Shown one piece after another: positions 12,201 through 26,500 of a DNA stretch of 60,496 bases; within the stretch, counting starts at the first letter, position 1, and every line of letters starts with the position of its first letter. The notes beneath the pieces are model-generated. The model did not search any database. It worked only from the letters and a program-made list of their open reading frames with translations, and was not told the origin of the DNA. Source of the DNA: Girardia tigrina. Taxonomy: Eukaryota. The position numbers and the translations under genes are program-made. The DNA is taken from assembly GCA_001938485.1 (NCBI GenBank), contig MQRK01255140.1, positions 1-60,496 of the forward strand. The letters are read 5' to 3'.

Positions 12201-15200
12201 AAATCAAATACATTTTCTTAACCTATATATGAGGGATGTCCCAAAAGTTCACGGACTGAGAGAATATGGCGTGGTCACGTGTGTGTGTGACTGTAACGCG
12301 CGGTGTGTGTACGATGACATGAGGGGGGAACCAACCAATTGTAATTGAGGTGAACTCACATTGGCTGCCCGTTGGCATTTGTGTGACATACGAATGTATT
12401 AATTTGTCATTTTTCTCACTTGTAGTGAGTATGGAAAATGCAGTGAAATCTCAACGAGCAATCATCTATTTCCTCTGGAAAGAAGACACCTCCACTGCAG
12501 ATATTGTGCACCGTTTACACTGCATCTTTGGTGATGCAGCTATGGGAAGAACGGCTGTCTTTAAGTGGCTGCAACGATTCCAGGCATGATGTCAATCATT
12601 GGAGAATGATAAACGCAATGGGCGACCAACAACGTCCGGATGTCAAGAAAATGTGAAAGTTATCGATGAAGTCATTCTTGGTGACAGATGTCTCACTATC
12701 CGTGAGATAGCACCTATTACAGGCGTTTCTAAAAGTCAGGTGCACCGCATCATGTCAGAGGAGCTGCATATGAGGAAACTGACTGCCAGGTGGGTGCCGC
12801 ACCTCCTCAACAACAACCAGAAGGCTAATCGAAAGTCTGCTTGTCAAGAACTGCTGCAACTGGTTCATGATCTCGGTGAGGCCTTCTGGTCACGGATTGT
12901 GACAGTGGATGAAACGTGGCTCCCGTTTAATCTTCCTGAAACCAAGGAGCAATCCCGTCAATGGTGCCGCCCAGGTGACAGACCCCATTTAAAGGCGAAG
13001 ACTGACCCTTCAGCCGGGAAGGTAATGGTTACAGTATTTTGGGACTGTGATGGGATAATTCACATTGATTACCTGCTAAAGGGGGTCACCATCAACATAT
13101 TTGTTGTTACTTATCAGTCCGCGAACTTTTGGGACATCCCTCGTATATTTAAGTTTAAATAAGTCTGTATCAAGTTTTTTTACTATTATTATTTCTATAT
13201 TAGTTTAACGATTTATTGGGCGCACCACGTATACTGTTCATTAATAAGATACCATGTAGAAACAATCCAGAGTTTATTTAAATTAAAGGTAAAATTATAT
13301 CTAGATATACTAAATATTTATTCTGTTAAATAACTTTATAATATGTTCTTTATTTTTCTTTTCATTAAGTTCTTAAACACTTTAATTATTCTTTTTCAAT
13401 GAAGAACCCTATAGTAATAACTATCAATTTATTATAACTGTTTGATAAATATTTAAAGATCCAGTTCAGAAGTTTTCAGTGAAATTTAAAAAATCATTTA
13501 TGAATTCAATACTAAAAATAAAAAACTGTTAAAAATAAATTAAGTTTATTTTTTTATTCAATTTCTTCAAAAATAAATAATAAATGTACCACAAAAAATC
13601 TTTAAAAAAATCTCAGAAGGAAAAATTTTGTAGCGCAAAAAATGCAATGCTTGAAAGTCATTTTTAATAAAAAAGAAAAAAATATAATGAAAATTTTATT
13701 ACTTCAAATTATTTTTTTCCTTCCTCTAACACAGATAGAATGTCAGTAAAACTGAAATAATTTAATGCTAATTTTCACAAAATATAATTCCCAATGGAAG
13801 ATTTTAGACGAAAATATGATTAATTGCAAAAATACCAGGTCGAATAATACTAATTAAAAAATTTAATTTGTGATTACCTTCTTTTTTTCTTCGAGCTGCT
13901 TTAGGACTAAACTGACCCCCAGCTCCAGAGGACGATCTGGTAACTGGAACCGGTTGAAGACACGACATTAAGTTAGCGGCTGCAGGAGGATCTGGTCTAA
14001 GGATACGCAACTGTTCCGATGGAGATTTATAAACTAAATTAAATTCTGACTGACGAAGAGTTACGCTTTGGTCAGTGTTACTGGCACTGGAGGAATCATT
14101 TGAAATATGCTCCTGTTAATAGGTTTCATTGTTTTATTTATTTTATGTTATTCTTTTTATTTTACATTGCTTTTACTTTCTGCAGATCTGGCAATATTTG
14201 GTATTTGACCGGTATCTGAAGACATGGACACCGCGGTGGATGTAGAATCAGTCAAATTGCCCGACTGGAATTTTTTTGACATAGTTATTGAGTAAAAGAG
14301 AATCAAATTAAGGAACCTTATTTCCATCGCCGGATGCTTGGGAAAGAATTTGAGAAGCCTGTTTGATAGATAAAACTAATTCATTCCTGGTTTCCGAGCT
14401 ATCGCAAACCAAATGCAAATATTCCCCAGTTAATTCTAATTAAAAACTCAGCAATTATTTACTAAATTTCTAACACCCACCACTTCGCATTTCGACATTG
14501 CATTCATCATTAAAAAATACTGACAATTTTTCAATAGCTAATTTACTCTAATAAATTAATAATGATAATTTATTCGTATTACTATAAAATTTGTTTCACT
14601 TTAAATGTATAAATGTCAGCTTGTTCGGTGCAAGCCAGCAACAATATGTACGCTGGCATGACGACCACAACGTGGTTCAAAACCTTTTGAGATTCAACAG
14701 GACCTGATGGTCCAATATAACTGACCTTAATTGTCAATATTGGGTCTCCAAGTTGTGAAAGTCTCTATAAAAGAAAATTTTTTTAATTGAAATTCAGTTG
14801 GAAAGACAAGTTTGAAATTAAAAAAAAATCTATTTTATTATACCTCCCCTTTCCAACCGAGAATATTGGCACAAAGAATATCCAAATCTCTGTCTTTCTT
14901 TTTTCTAATTAAATTACAATTTTCCTAAGGAAAAAAATTGATTTCAATGAATATTATGACATAATAATGGAAAGAGAGGTTTAGTAATTATTTCTTTTTT
15001 TTGTTTTTCAGTTTTATAAACACAAAAGTTTTAATTCATTAAAATAACTAGCTCCCTCCCTCAGGAAAAAAATAAATCCCACATGCTTTTTTTATGAAAG
15101 GTTTTTATTTTTTCTGACAATTTTCCTTTATTATTTTAATTATATTTATATTTTTTATTACTTTTATAAAAATATATTATTATATTATATTTTATATTAA

Positions 15201-18200
15201 TTATATTGCAATATATTTCGGTGGATTTTCCACCATCATCAGGCTGTATTAACAACAATTTGCTGTCTTATATAAAGCAAATTGATGATTATGTAAACAT
15301 CTTGTGTAATAACTAATTAAATATTTTCAACAAAGGTGAAGAGAGACTTGTTTGGGCATTGATGCAGTGGCGTCGCTAGGGTTGGTGTCATCCAGTGCGG
15401 TAAGCCCTCCAGATTTATTCTGAGTGTGGAGGCGGTGGAGCCCAATCCGCCCATCATGCATTGTAAATGCATTTTGTAGGGTATCTACAGCAGCTATATA
15501 CCGGCACCGTTTGAATGATTTCACAACAAGTCAACGAACGTGTGAATTACTTCATCATAACATAACATTACTGGTAAAGTCAAATCAACATGAAATGACG
15601 TAATAATATTTCTAAATCGGAAACTGACGTCATAGACCTGTATTTTTAACCTGTATTTTTTAGTTAACCTTAGCTTAACGTCGGCTTATTTATTCCGCGA
15701 TGTACTTTTCATTTGGTGACACCCTCTGAGATTGTGTCACCCGGTGCGGTCCACACCCCCCGCACCCGCTTAGCGACGCTACTGCATTAATGGACGGATT
15801 AATTGATTTAATCAATAATTCCACTTGGTAATAGGCATTTCCCAAATCGATTGTGCTAAAAACACGAGCTCCGTTAAGAGAAGCCAATATTTCCTCAATG
15901 TTAGGCATAGGGTATGCTGGTCTTTCTGTTACTTTATTTAACTGTCTAAAATCCAAGCATAGTCGTATTTCTTGTTTGTCTTTTTTCACACACAAACCAT
16001 GGGTGTGTTCCAGAAAAAATTCAGCTCAATTGGATGACTGAAAGTGGTCGAAAAATCAATCGCAAGATTTGTTCCAGACAGACAGACAGACAAGAAACTA
16101 AAAAGAGGAAAATAATTTTTTCTAGACATGTGCGAAATTTTATACCTAACCAAAAACGTGGGGCGGATTTCTGAATTACTGCTATTAGTAACTGCTTTTT
16201 AGTAACAATCGATCATTTCTATGCCCCACGTTTTTGGTTAGGTATAAAATTTCGCACATGTCTAGAAAAAAAATTATCTTCCTCTTTTTAGTGCATTGGT
16301 AATGCTTGAAAAACGTGGTTGTTTTTATAAAAAAATTATTTTTTATTAATAATATTATTTTACTATTTTTAGTTATCATTTAGGAATTCAAATCTTTCGA
16401 TTGATTTCGAATAACAGAAATGATAATAAAGCCAAAATAACAAAGTTTTATTTTAATAAAAACAAGTTTTAATTCAAAATAATTTTTAAACCTAATTTTA
16501 ATACTTCTACACTTAATTATCACTTGATTTTCACAATATTAGTTCAATTTATTAATTTTTTCCGTGCATCCGTAAAGTAAATATTTTAAAATATTGTATT
16601 GTCATCGGAAGCAAGCCTGTATAAAAAATTCAGCTCAATTGGATGACTGAAAGTGGTCGAAAAATCAATCGCAAGATTTGTTCCAGACAGACAGACAGAC
16701 AAGAAACCAAGCTAAGAAAAACGTGGTAAAAACTTGCTATTATTTTTTAAATTTCTTATTAATTATATTTTTTATTACTCTTATAAAATAGATTTTCTAT
16801 AAAATATCTTCCAAATAATTTTTCATTTGTTATTTCTTTACATTCATTACATATTGGTCTTCCACTGACTTGTCTCATTATAATATGTGAATTACAGAAA
16901 GCTTTAGAAACTTTAGGTCGGTCTAAGATCTTTAAATCAAACTATTTTATTTTGATAGATTACGATGATCATAATTGTATTTGTAAAGCAAACATATTCC
17001 CCCTATTTTACTGTCATAAGCTTGATCACGACCTTTTCTAGTAAATAAAGTTTCGTTAATAAAATATAACTAATTTTTCAAATGATTAAAAAGCAATCAT
17101 CATTTATATAAAATGAAAATAAAAATATAAGGTCTCTCACGTTTATTTCAGTATAAACCACAATAGCTCTCTGGATGTCGCCTCTGTCCGCGTGTCCGTC
17201 CTGACGTTATTTATTCATTGTCAACAGAAATCAGGTAGCATAATATTAAAATACAAATGATGCATAAATATTTGAAATTATTCAAATAAAAAGTGGAATT
17301 TAAATTTATTTGAATACAAAATTTTAACTGAAATAGAATAACAAATCTGAATTATTTATTATGTGAACAAATATGAAAGTTCGTTGTTTCGCGATTTAAA
17401 AAATTAAAATTTCAAAAAAATTTTAATTAAACTTTTATTAACAACAACATTATTTCAATTTATTGGTAATTTATGGATTCCATCAAAAAGGAATTTCGGT
17501 TGTTTCGACGCAATCCATTTATCGAGCCATTTTCGAACTTCTTCGTGTTTTGATAACTTCTGTTAAGCCAATCTGTGAGCCATTGATCGAAATAAGTGAT
17601 AATCAGGAGAGTAGGGCGGGTGGGGTAAGATTTCCCAGTTCAGTTCTTTTATTGTATTTATGACCGGTTTATCAACATGAGGTCTCGCATTGTCGTGAAG
17701 CAATATCGGGCACTCATGTCTTGTGGTCCATTCCTGTCGTTCAGTGGCAACTTCTCTGTTCAAATTGATTAATTGCTCTCGATAACGAGCCGCCGTAACA
17801 GTTTCGTCGAGTTTAAGAAGTTTATAATACAAAATACCCACCATATGCACAGCATTACCTTCTTCCCATGAATGTTATGCTTGCGAGTCATCTTTGGTGC
17901 CTTTCCTGGGTCTGTCCATGGTCTCTTTCGTTGTCGATTATCGAAATAAATGTACTTTTCATCACCAGTGATAATTCAATGCATGAATGACTTGCGTTGC
18001 AGCCGATCAAGCAAAAGTTCACACGTTGTTCTTAGATTTTCTTGCTGGCGTTCAGTCAATTCATGCGGCACCCATCGTCATTTTTTTCTGAATCTTGCTC
18101 ATGTCATACAAGCGATTTGAAATTGTTTACTGAGTCACACCTAACGCGTCAGCTAATTGTTGTTGCCTTTGAACATCATCTTCATCAAATAAGGCTTGCA

Positions 18201-20497
18201 GTTCATTGTCATTAAACTGCTTTGGTGGTCTACCGCGATCTTTGTTGCTCACATCAAAATCGCCTTCTTCGAACCTCTTAAACGATTTCTGACAGGCTCT
18301 GGAAGTGATTGTATTTTCGTAATATAATTCAGCAATTATTTTTGAGAATCCACGGCACTTTTCCTCGAGTTAAACATGAATAAAAGAAATTCCCGCAAAT
18401 GTTCTTTTGTTGGAGCTTCGGTGGTCATCTGTAAAATTACAATAACATTTTATATGCTAATTATTTAAAATAATTCAAAAAGTATTAGATTGCGCTTAAA
18501 ATACTCTACATTATAGATACAAGCAAATGTTATAGAAAAAAGTTTATTAATGGAATAATATTAGACAAAGTGAAACGAATTTTCATATTTGTACACCTAA
18601 TAAATTAGGATGAACAACTGAAGTATAATTTTACAAACGGTAATAAACGTTATAATAAGAGACGTAATAAAATATTTGTGACAAAAAAATTTAATAAAAT
18701 TCATTTTTAAAGTTTTAATAAAATAAAATAATAAAAGTAAATTTTTATTAAATGAGATATTAATACAGTGCAACTTGTTAAGTTGGGCAGTTCATAAGTT
18801 TGGCACCTGGCTAAGGTGGACGTTTTTCAAGGGAACCGGTCACGCATATATTGAACTATAATGTCGTACCTTTCGTAGGTTGGGCACATGCGTATCTTGT
18901 ATGTTGGACACTTGGTTGTGAACGCCTGACATATAAGCACGATACCAAAACCTTTCGTAACTTGGGCACTTGGCTGTGAATTACTTATCTTGTTATCAAG
19001 CTTCCAATTAGAGATATCTACGAGGATCTGTATTTGACTAAAAACTGTGTAATTGATTGAGGAACTTTCGGTAGTTATAATGATTGCTGGGGAATGTAAA
19101 TTGTGTATTTTATTTTTATTTTGTTGCTGCCCTGGTCAAGAAAAAAGCCGAAATTTATAAATATTTAAACTAAATTTCTTTTATTAAAGTAATAAATTCA
19201 TTTATTTATTTTATCCATCATTTTTATAGGTTAAATTATTTGTTTTGGTTATTTTAACCTCTATAAATTATTCCTACTTATTCATTTAATTGATTTTTGT
19301 TTTAATTATCATTTTTTTACAATAATTTGTTTTAATTACAAATTACTTTTAATTATTTGTTTATTATTTTATTCCATATAAATTGTTTTTTTTATTACTG
19401 TGGTGATGTCATTCCTCACCACATTCAGTAATATTGAACTCCAATGATGTCAAATCTCATGACATCACAATAGTTCAAATTTCGGTGATTTCATATGTCA
19501 TGACATCACCGGAATGTGCAATTGCAATGTCAATTTCATTTGCATCAACTGACCCCGGGGTATATTATATAATATTATATAATATTGCCTTAATATAAAA
19601 GGGGAAGATTTCAAAGTTTAATTGGTTATTGTGCCCAATCAATATTTAATTTAAATATATTTTATTAGAAGTATTTTGTGTTCTTTACAATTACAATATC
19701 ATTTATTTTAAATTAATTTAAAAAATTATTTTAATTGTTTTTTTAATTATTATTTTATTTTACATTACTTTGTTTTTAACAAAATTTTGAACCCTAAATT
19801 ATTTATTTTTTATTCTTCTAGGATAACCTTTTAAAATATTTCTTTTTCTAAATTTAAAATAAATAATTAAACATTAACCTTCCTTATATATATATTATGT
19901 TGTATATATATCCATATGAGAAATAATTATATTATTTTGTTATATTATTATATAATTATATTATTATTTTCTTTAAAAATTATTTATTTTAATAACCATT
20001 AAAATTTAAAATAAAATACACAATTTACATTCCCCAACATGACGATAGTCATTCATGAAGTATAGACATGTCGTATGTTGGGCACCTGTATAAGTTGATC
20101 ACTTTTGAATTCACCGCTGGTGCCCAACTTAGACAAGTTGCACTGTATCTGTATTTATATTAATTTTTATTTATAATGGTTTGTGTAAAAAGAAAAGTAA
20201 CTAGGTTCCTCGAAATATTTGTTTAAAAATCGTTATTGTTATATTAATAAAATTTAGGTCTTATGAGCTAAACTTCTGAATTCGAACCTAATAAGGTTCT
20301 TAAAAAATTCTTCCAATCAAAAATCTGATTCATTAAATTTGTGATGATCCATCAAATTCATTTTCATTTTACAATTTTTCAGTTTGAAAAGTTTCATAAG
20401 ATTATAATCTAGTTGTGAGTAACTCTAGACCAGCGGTTCCCAACCTTGTTTCATTAGAGTACCACTCTACCTAATTTTTTACTTAGTGGGTACGCCT

Positions 20498-20546
<49 letters not shown>

Positions 20547-23500
20547 CATTAATATTTCATTGATTTGTAAAGATTTATAAAGATTGATTTGTAAAAAAAA
20601 TGAATAACAAACGCCGTTTAAAAAGTTTTTATTTGTCAAAATATGTTTCGCCATTACGGCATCATCAGTTGTGAAGTAAATTTCAAATTACAAGTCATTT
20701 ATATGACACATTGACTATTACGCAATCAATCATTTTTTTGAAGAATAATTGTGACACATATCATGAGAGGATAGTCACTGAGGCATTATTAATAAAGCAT
20801 TTAAAATCATGCTTTAATGTTCAAAGTGAATTATCCAACCATATTAAAGTCTTTTAATATTAATTAAAAAAAGATAAAAAAATAAATAAAAATAAAAAAA
20901 TTGATACAAAAAGTTGTGTTAGTAATAATAAAGAAAATTCTATAACAACTTAGTTTTAAAAAGAAATTATTATAACTGCTTTAATCAGAAAAAGAGCATA
21001 AATCAAACCTCTAAATAGCGTTCCATCTCTTTAAGAAGCAATGAATAACGACTTAATCTATCGAAAACTAACGACAGCAATTGTTTCACTTGAGACCAAT
21101 CGAACATCATTCTCTGAGACTCAAAGTGAGACTGAACGACTGATCTGAAATTCGAAAAAAGATTGTATCTCATCATTATATCTTATCATTATTTAGAATC
21201 GCACCTATTCACTTCTAAGTTGTATATAACGAATAGATGAATGGAGGCATATTCATAATAAGATTCGCTGATTTTACTGGCCATGTCCAGATACAGACGA
21301 CCGACTCGATTTTTGTTCGTTGACCTAAAAATTTTTCGTCTTTTATCATCGAACAAAATGTTTAAAAATACTTCATTTCTTCCAATCCTTCAATTAGTTG
21401 TCTGTGTATTGGAATAATCGTATGCAAACTATCACAAAGTCTTTGAATTTTCGACAAATTTCTATTAAATTGAAAAGAAATTCAATTGATAAACACATCG
21501 AAATTAATTTTGGAAAATATCTTCTATTAATAGAATCATAAATATTTATTTAAAATAACGGACATAGTAATGATTCGAGGTCAAAACTGTCTAGATCTAA
21601 TTGTGCCCAAGTCGAAACTGCCTTGTTTATAAATTGTTATTAATTTTTTGTTAGATTATTTAATTTGTCACAAAATATATTTATATATATAACAAAAATA
21701 AATAAAAAACACAAACGATCGAAATAATTTACCAATTTTTATTTTATATGACAATCATCAGCAATAAATAAAGAAAATTTTCAAATAACTAAAAAAGAAT
21801 GAATAAACACTTTATATAAAAGTTTTAATGTAAAAACTTTATTTTATGAGCACGACAAATATGCAATTACTCGTAGAAATGTAAGTCTGTTATTTATTAA
21901 GAATTTAAATTTAATACTCGTCTTTTGTTAAAAATTATAAAGGTATTTTATTTAAATTTTGTCACAAAGATTTTATTTCATCTTTTATTAAATTTCCATT
22001 ATATTTTACCTGTTTAATTTAATCGCTTTTCACTTATTTTTTTATTTATTTCACTTTAAACGTTTTTAAAATTATTGTTATTAAATTTAGACGAAAGTTA
22101 CAAAATGATATTTTCATTTCAATAATTATTTTAAAATAATATCTATCTATAAACAAGGCAGTTTCGACCAAAGTAATTTTGACCTAGGAATTTTTGACCG
22201 GGAAGTTTTGACCCCGTACCATAGTAATGGACCTCTCGACAATAAATATGTTTATAAAATACTACGGAAAATAAGCAATTTCAGATAAATTAGTGTGGAT
22301 TTCGGGAAGCTGAATACAGCGTGAATTTTTTATGGAATCCCACTATTTAAAAAAAACGTGTATTTTTTAAAAGTAAGAAACATCAGTAAACAAACCAGCG
22401 TTAAGTGGGGATTGACTGTATAAGCAGATTAAAATTTTTTATTATTATCTTGACGACAAGAAAGATAAAGGTTATAATCTCAAAATTAATTTTCGATAAA
22501 AATAAAATTAGGTTTGTAAAATTGCATTTTACTTGATAAATAATTTTCCAAATAATGTATGAAAGTAGTATATAAGCATAGAACACAAGTTTTGGAAGTT
22601 ACTAAATGACCTTTAAAATTGTAACTAAGTACTTCTAGCCATTACGTTCTAGACGGCCTATTAAACATCTGGAGGAAGGAACTTGCAGCATATTGAAAAT
22701 TATTAAGCGAGAGACTAAATGAACATTTTTTTTGAAATAAAAATGAACAGTCTTTGAAATAAAAATCTTGGCCACACATAAACTGAGTGACGAAAACAAA
22801 CATCGAGTCTACTGTTGCAACGAATTTCTCTCAATGGTGCCCATATACAATTTTTGAATAAATTTGTTAGTCAATGAAATATTGATTCACTGGGATAATG
22901 TCGGAACTTTCGACAACCGATATTGGAGAGGTCCTAGAGATGAACCCTTGATAAGTCCACCTAGAACTATCAATAGAAAAAAAAACAAAATCTTAGGACG
23001 TAAAAGTACTTCTTCTGATGGATAATTTGCCCAGGAACCAAACTATAAATGGAGTTTATTATAGTCAACTACTTGACAAATGTATTGTAACCATTCAAGA
23101 AAAGTAACGTCAAGTTATTAACAAGAAATCACTTATTTCTTTTGTGGTAAGAAATATCCCTGTTGTTGCAAAGATTCTCGGTTGAACGAACTTGTTGTAA
23201 TGCTATTAATTGACAATCCATCCAGATCACCAAGTTTTGACACAATTTCTTCTAAAGATCTCTGCAGAAAATTATAGATGCTGGGTTGTTTTTGTGGACA
23301 ATGAGAATGAGAAGTTTTTCGTTTACCCGATGTTTCTGATTTCTTGTAGGTTAACATATTATGAACAGTTTTCAGATAATTGTGAAGGCTACTTGTAGAT
23401 GATCCTATGCAGAATAACATTTTATTACAATAATTACAGCGCGCCTTGTCTCTCTTAACCTTCTTGAAATAATTCCAAACATCAGACATTGTGAACTAAA

Positions 23501-26500
23501 AAATAAATGTTTCATATTATAAGAATTTTCCATAACAAAAGTCCAAAAAAATAGATAACGTTTATTTTTATGACACAATTAAATAATGCGCGTCAAAAAT
23601 TAATTACACTGATTGATTTAAACAATCTCAGGAGTTTTTATATATTCAGGATCCTTTGATATAATATGATATTGATATAAATAATTATATGTATTTTAAA
23701 TTATAAATATATAGTTATTAATTATTCTCACACATATGATAATATATAATGAAAAATTACAATAAGAAAGTCCAAATTCCAATTATGTATGTTATGAATA
23801 TTATTTAAACAATAATAAATTTAATTTATTATAGCATTTTTAAATAATTTTCAAAATTTTGCATAAAATTTTCAACATTTTGGAAAAAAATCCTTTCTTA
23901 AATTAATATTATCATTGATAATTTAAATTTTAATACAAACTAAAAAACCGGTTTTCGGTTGCCATAAATTGCATTAAAAAACCGGTTTTCAAAACCTAGA
24001 AATCAGTATGCCAATTTTCAACACGAAAATGATTCTACTGACTCGGTTCGCAGCACCAAAGAAAAATTCGCCAACTTAGTGCTAAATATTCTATTTACTT
24101 TTTATATTAACCTGATTTGGCCCCATCTGACGTTGATCCATTTTCACAACAATTATGTTGAAGAGTGGCACAACCGTTTCAATAATTAAGTTGTTAAGCA
24201 TCACCCAAATATTTATGATTTTATATCATGCATAATAAAGGAACAAGGATTTACAGGAACATCGATGACACAAATTAATGCTGGGCAAGTTATTAACAAA
24301 ACAAATAAAAATTATAATTTAATAAGTCAACGTATTTGAAACTTGCAACTGTGTTTTGATGATGGTGAAATCAGTGTCATGGAGTTTATTCGTGGAATTT
24401 CTTTCAGTTTAAGCACCCCAATTGCATTTTGACAGTGTATTTAAAGTTGGAATTTCCTTAAAATAAAATTTTATAACTCATTGACTTTTTTTTCTATTTG
24501 GAAAGTAAATCGCTGTTTTGAGAATCGCTGTTATGGTGAGATGCCATTTATATAAACAATTATGCATTTTCTAAATATTACCCAAGGATAATCCGCGCAC
24601 GGATTAATCTGGAGTTTACTATAGTTTGATAATATCAATAATTTTTATTCGATCATGTGAGGAATATTTTAAATTGTTTGAATGTGTAAATGTATGGATG
24701 CTGTATGTTGATTTAAGTATGTTGAATTTAGAATGGTGATTCTCCTACCCAGATGGAAATTGGTATTTTTTGTTTAAATTTAAAGTGATCGACAATTCCA
24801 ACATAATTAAAATAATCATTTTATAAAGTTCATATTTTTGATTTCACAATTAAAATTAAGTTTAATAATTTTTAGTAATAATTAAATTAAATGCATTTTT
24901 AATAATTTGATGACATTTTTATTATTTTGGGATTTATTGAGAAATTGTAAAAATTATTATTTTTTAATTAATATTAATTAATATATTTAAAATAATGACT
25001 TATAAAAATTGTTCGAATAATCATGATTAAAAATAAAAATAAGAAAACGAATTAGAATGATGACAAATGATGAAAGACTTTCTGAGAGTCATAATGACTC
25101 TAAATGTGATTGTAATAAAAATTCAAACACGACTTGTCTAAATGTTCTTAATATTAGGTGTACAACTAATTAATTTCGTATTTGTTATCACTTTTATACT
25201 TAAATAAATGGTTTTTTTAACAAAAAATACGAAATTAATTAGTTGTACACCCAATAGATCATGTGAACGTATTTGACACCTGAATAATTTTTAAATATTG
25301 ACTAGAAGTTTCATTGGTTAAAATTAAAATAAATGTTAATTATTTAAAATTAATAATTTGATTTATTTGTTTAAAAATATGAAATAAAATTAATAAAATT
25401 TCACAATTATTAAATTTAAATTTAAATCAAATTAGTTTAAAATCAGATAATAAGAAATAAATATTAATCATCCCTCTGGGTAGAAGAGACCCAATCCTAA
25501 ATCAGCACACAAAATCCAAACATTCCTCACAATCTTGAAATAATCAAACATAAATTTTGAGTCGAGTGTCTTTGTAATAGTGAAAAAAATATTGTTAAAT
25601 TAATAATAAAATAACAATAAAAAATAAATTGAAATTATTTCTCTTTTATTAATTTAATTAAATAGAATTCAACTAACAATTCTGAAATTTTCAATAACGG
25701 TTGTAAAATTGTTGTAAGCATGTGAGACACTTTGGAGGTGTACTTCTTTTCCCCGTCTAAAATGTGATTGACTATCTGATTTGGGGGAAAAAGATAATTT
25801 AATTTGTAAATTGTTGAAAATAGTTCTTACATCCGCTTGAAATGTTAAAAGATGACTGTCACTGGTATTTTTTATTTCCACTTGAGTTGCTCCTTCTTTT
25901 TCCTCTTCTGAAAAAAATATTTCACTTGTCAATTTAATTAATCAAAATTAAAATCATTTAAATAAGGATAAATTTTAAAATATTTAACTTTTATAGATAA
26001 TGTTAAAATCATTAAAAAAAGTTTTGAAACTTTTGTTTAAAAGTTGTTTAAATTCATTAAAAATACGGTTGTTTATGTACATAATAAAATACAAATTATT
26101 CATTTTTCCATAGACTTCATATGAATATTTTAAAATATTTAAAAGAATATTTCTTCTAAACATGATGTGTTTTTGGTATGTATGAGGAGATAGTTAATTT
26201 TAGTTCGCTGATCAAAATTTAAAGTTTTAAAAAAGATTATTTGGAATTGAAATCAAATTGAAAAATTTTTAAATTAATTATAATAATTTTTAAATGTTTT
26301 AAATTTGAATTTAAAAATATTCTTTATAAATTTATTTGAATTAAAATATTATTTTAGTAGAAAAATGAGATGGTCAAAACAGATAACAGATAAAACTGTA
26401 TTTTTAAAAATAATTTGAATTCTCTTAAAAATTTTATTAATATTTGCCAAAATTTATTTTTCAAATTTTAAATTAATTTAAGGATATGATTGATAAAATA

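Noticed and set aside
25669-25932. 87-aa ORF as a standalone gene
   Set aside because: It is PIX exon 3 read through a 55-nt intron and out of frame across exon 4
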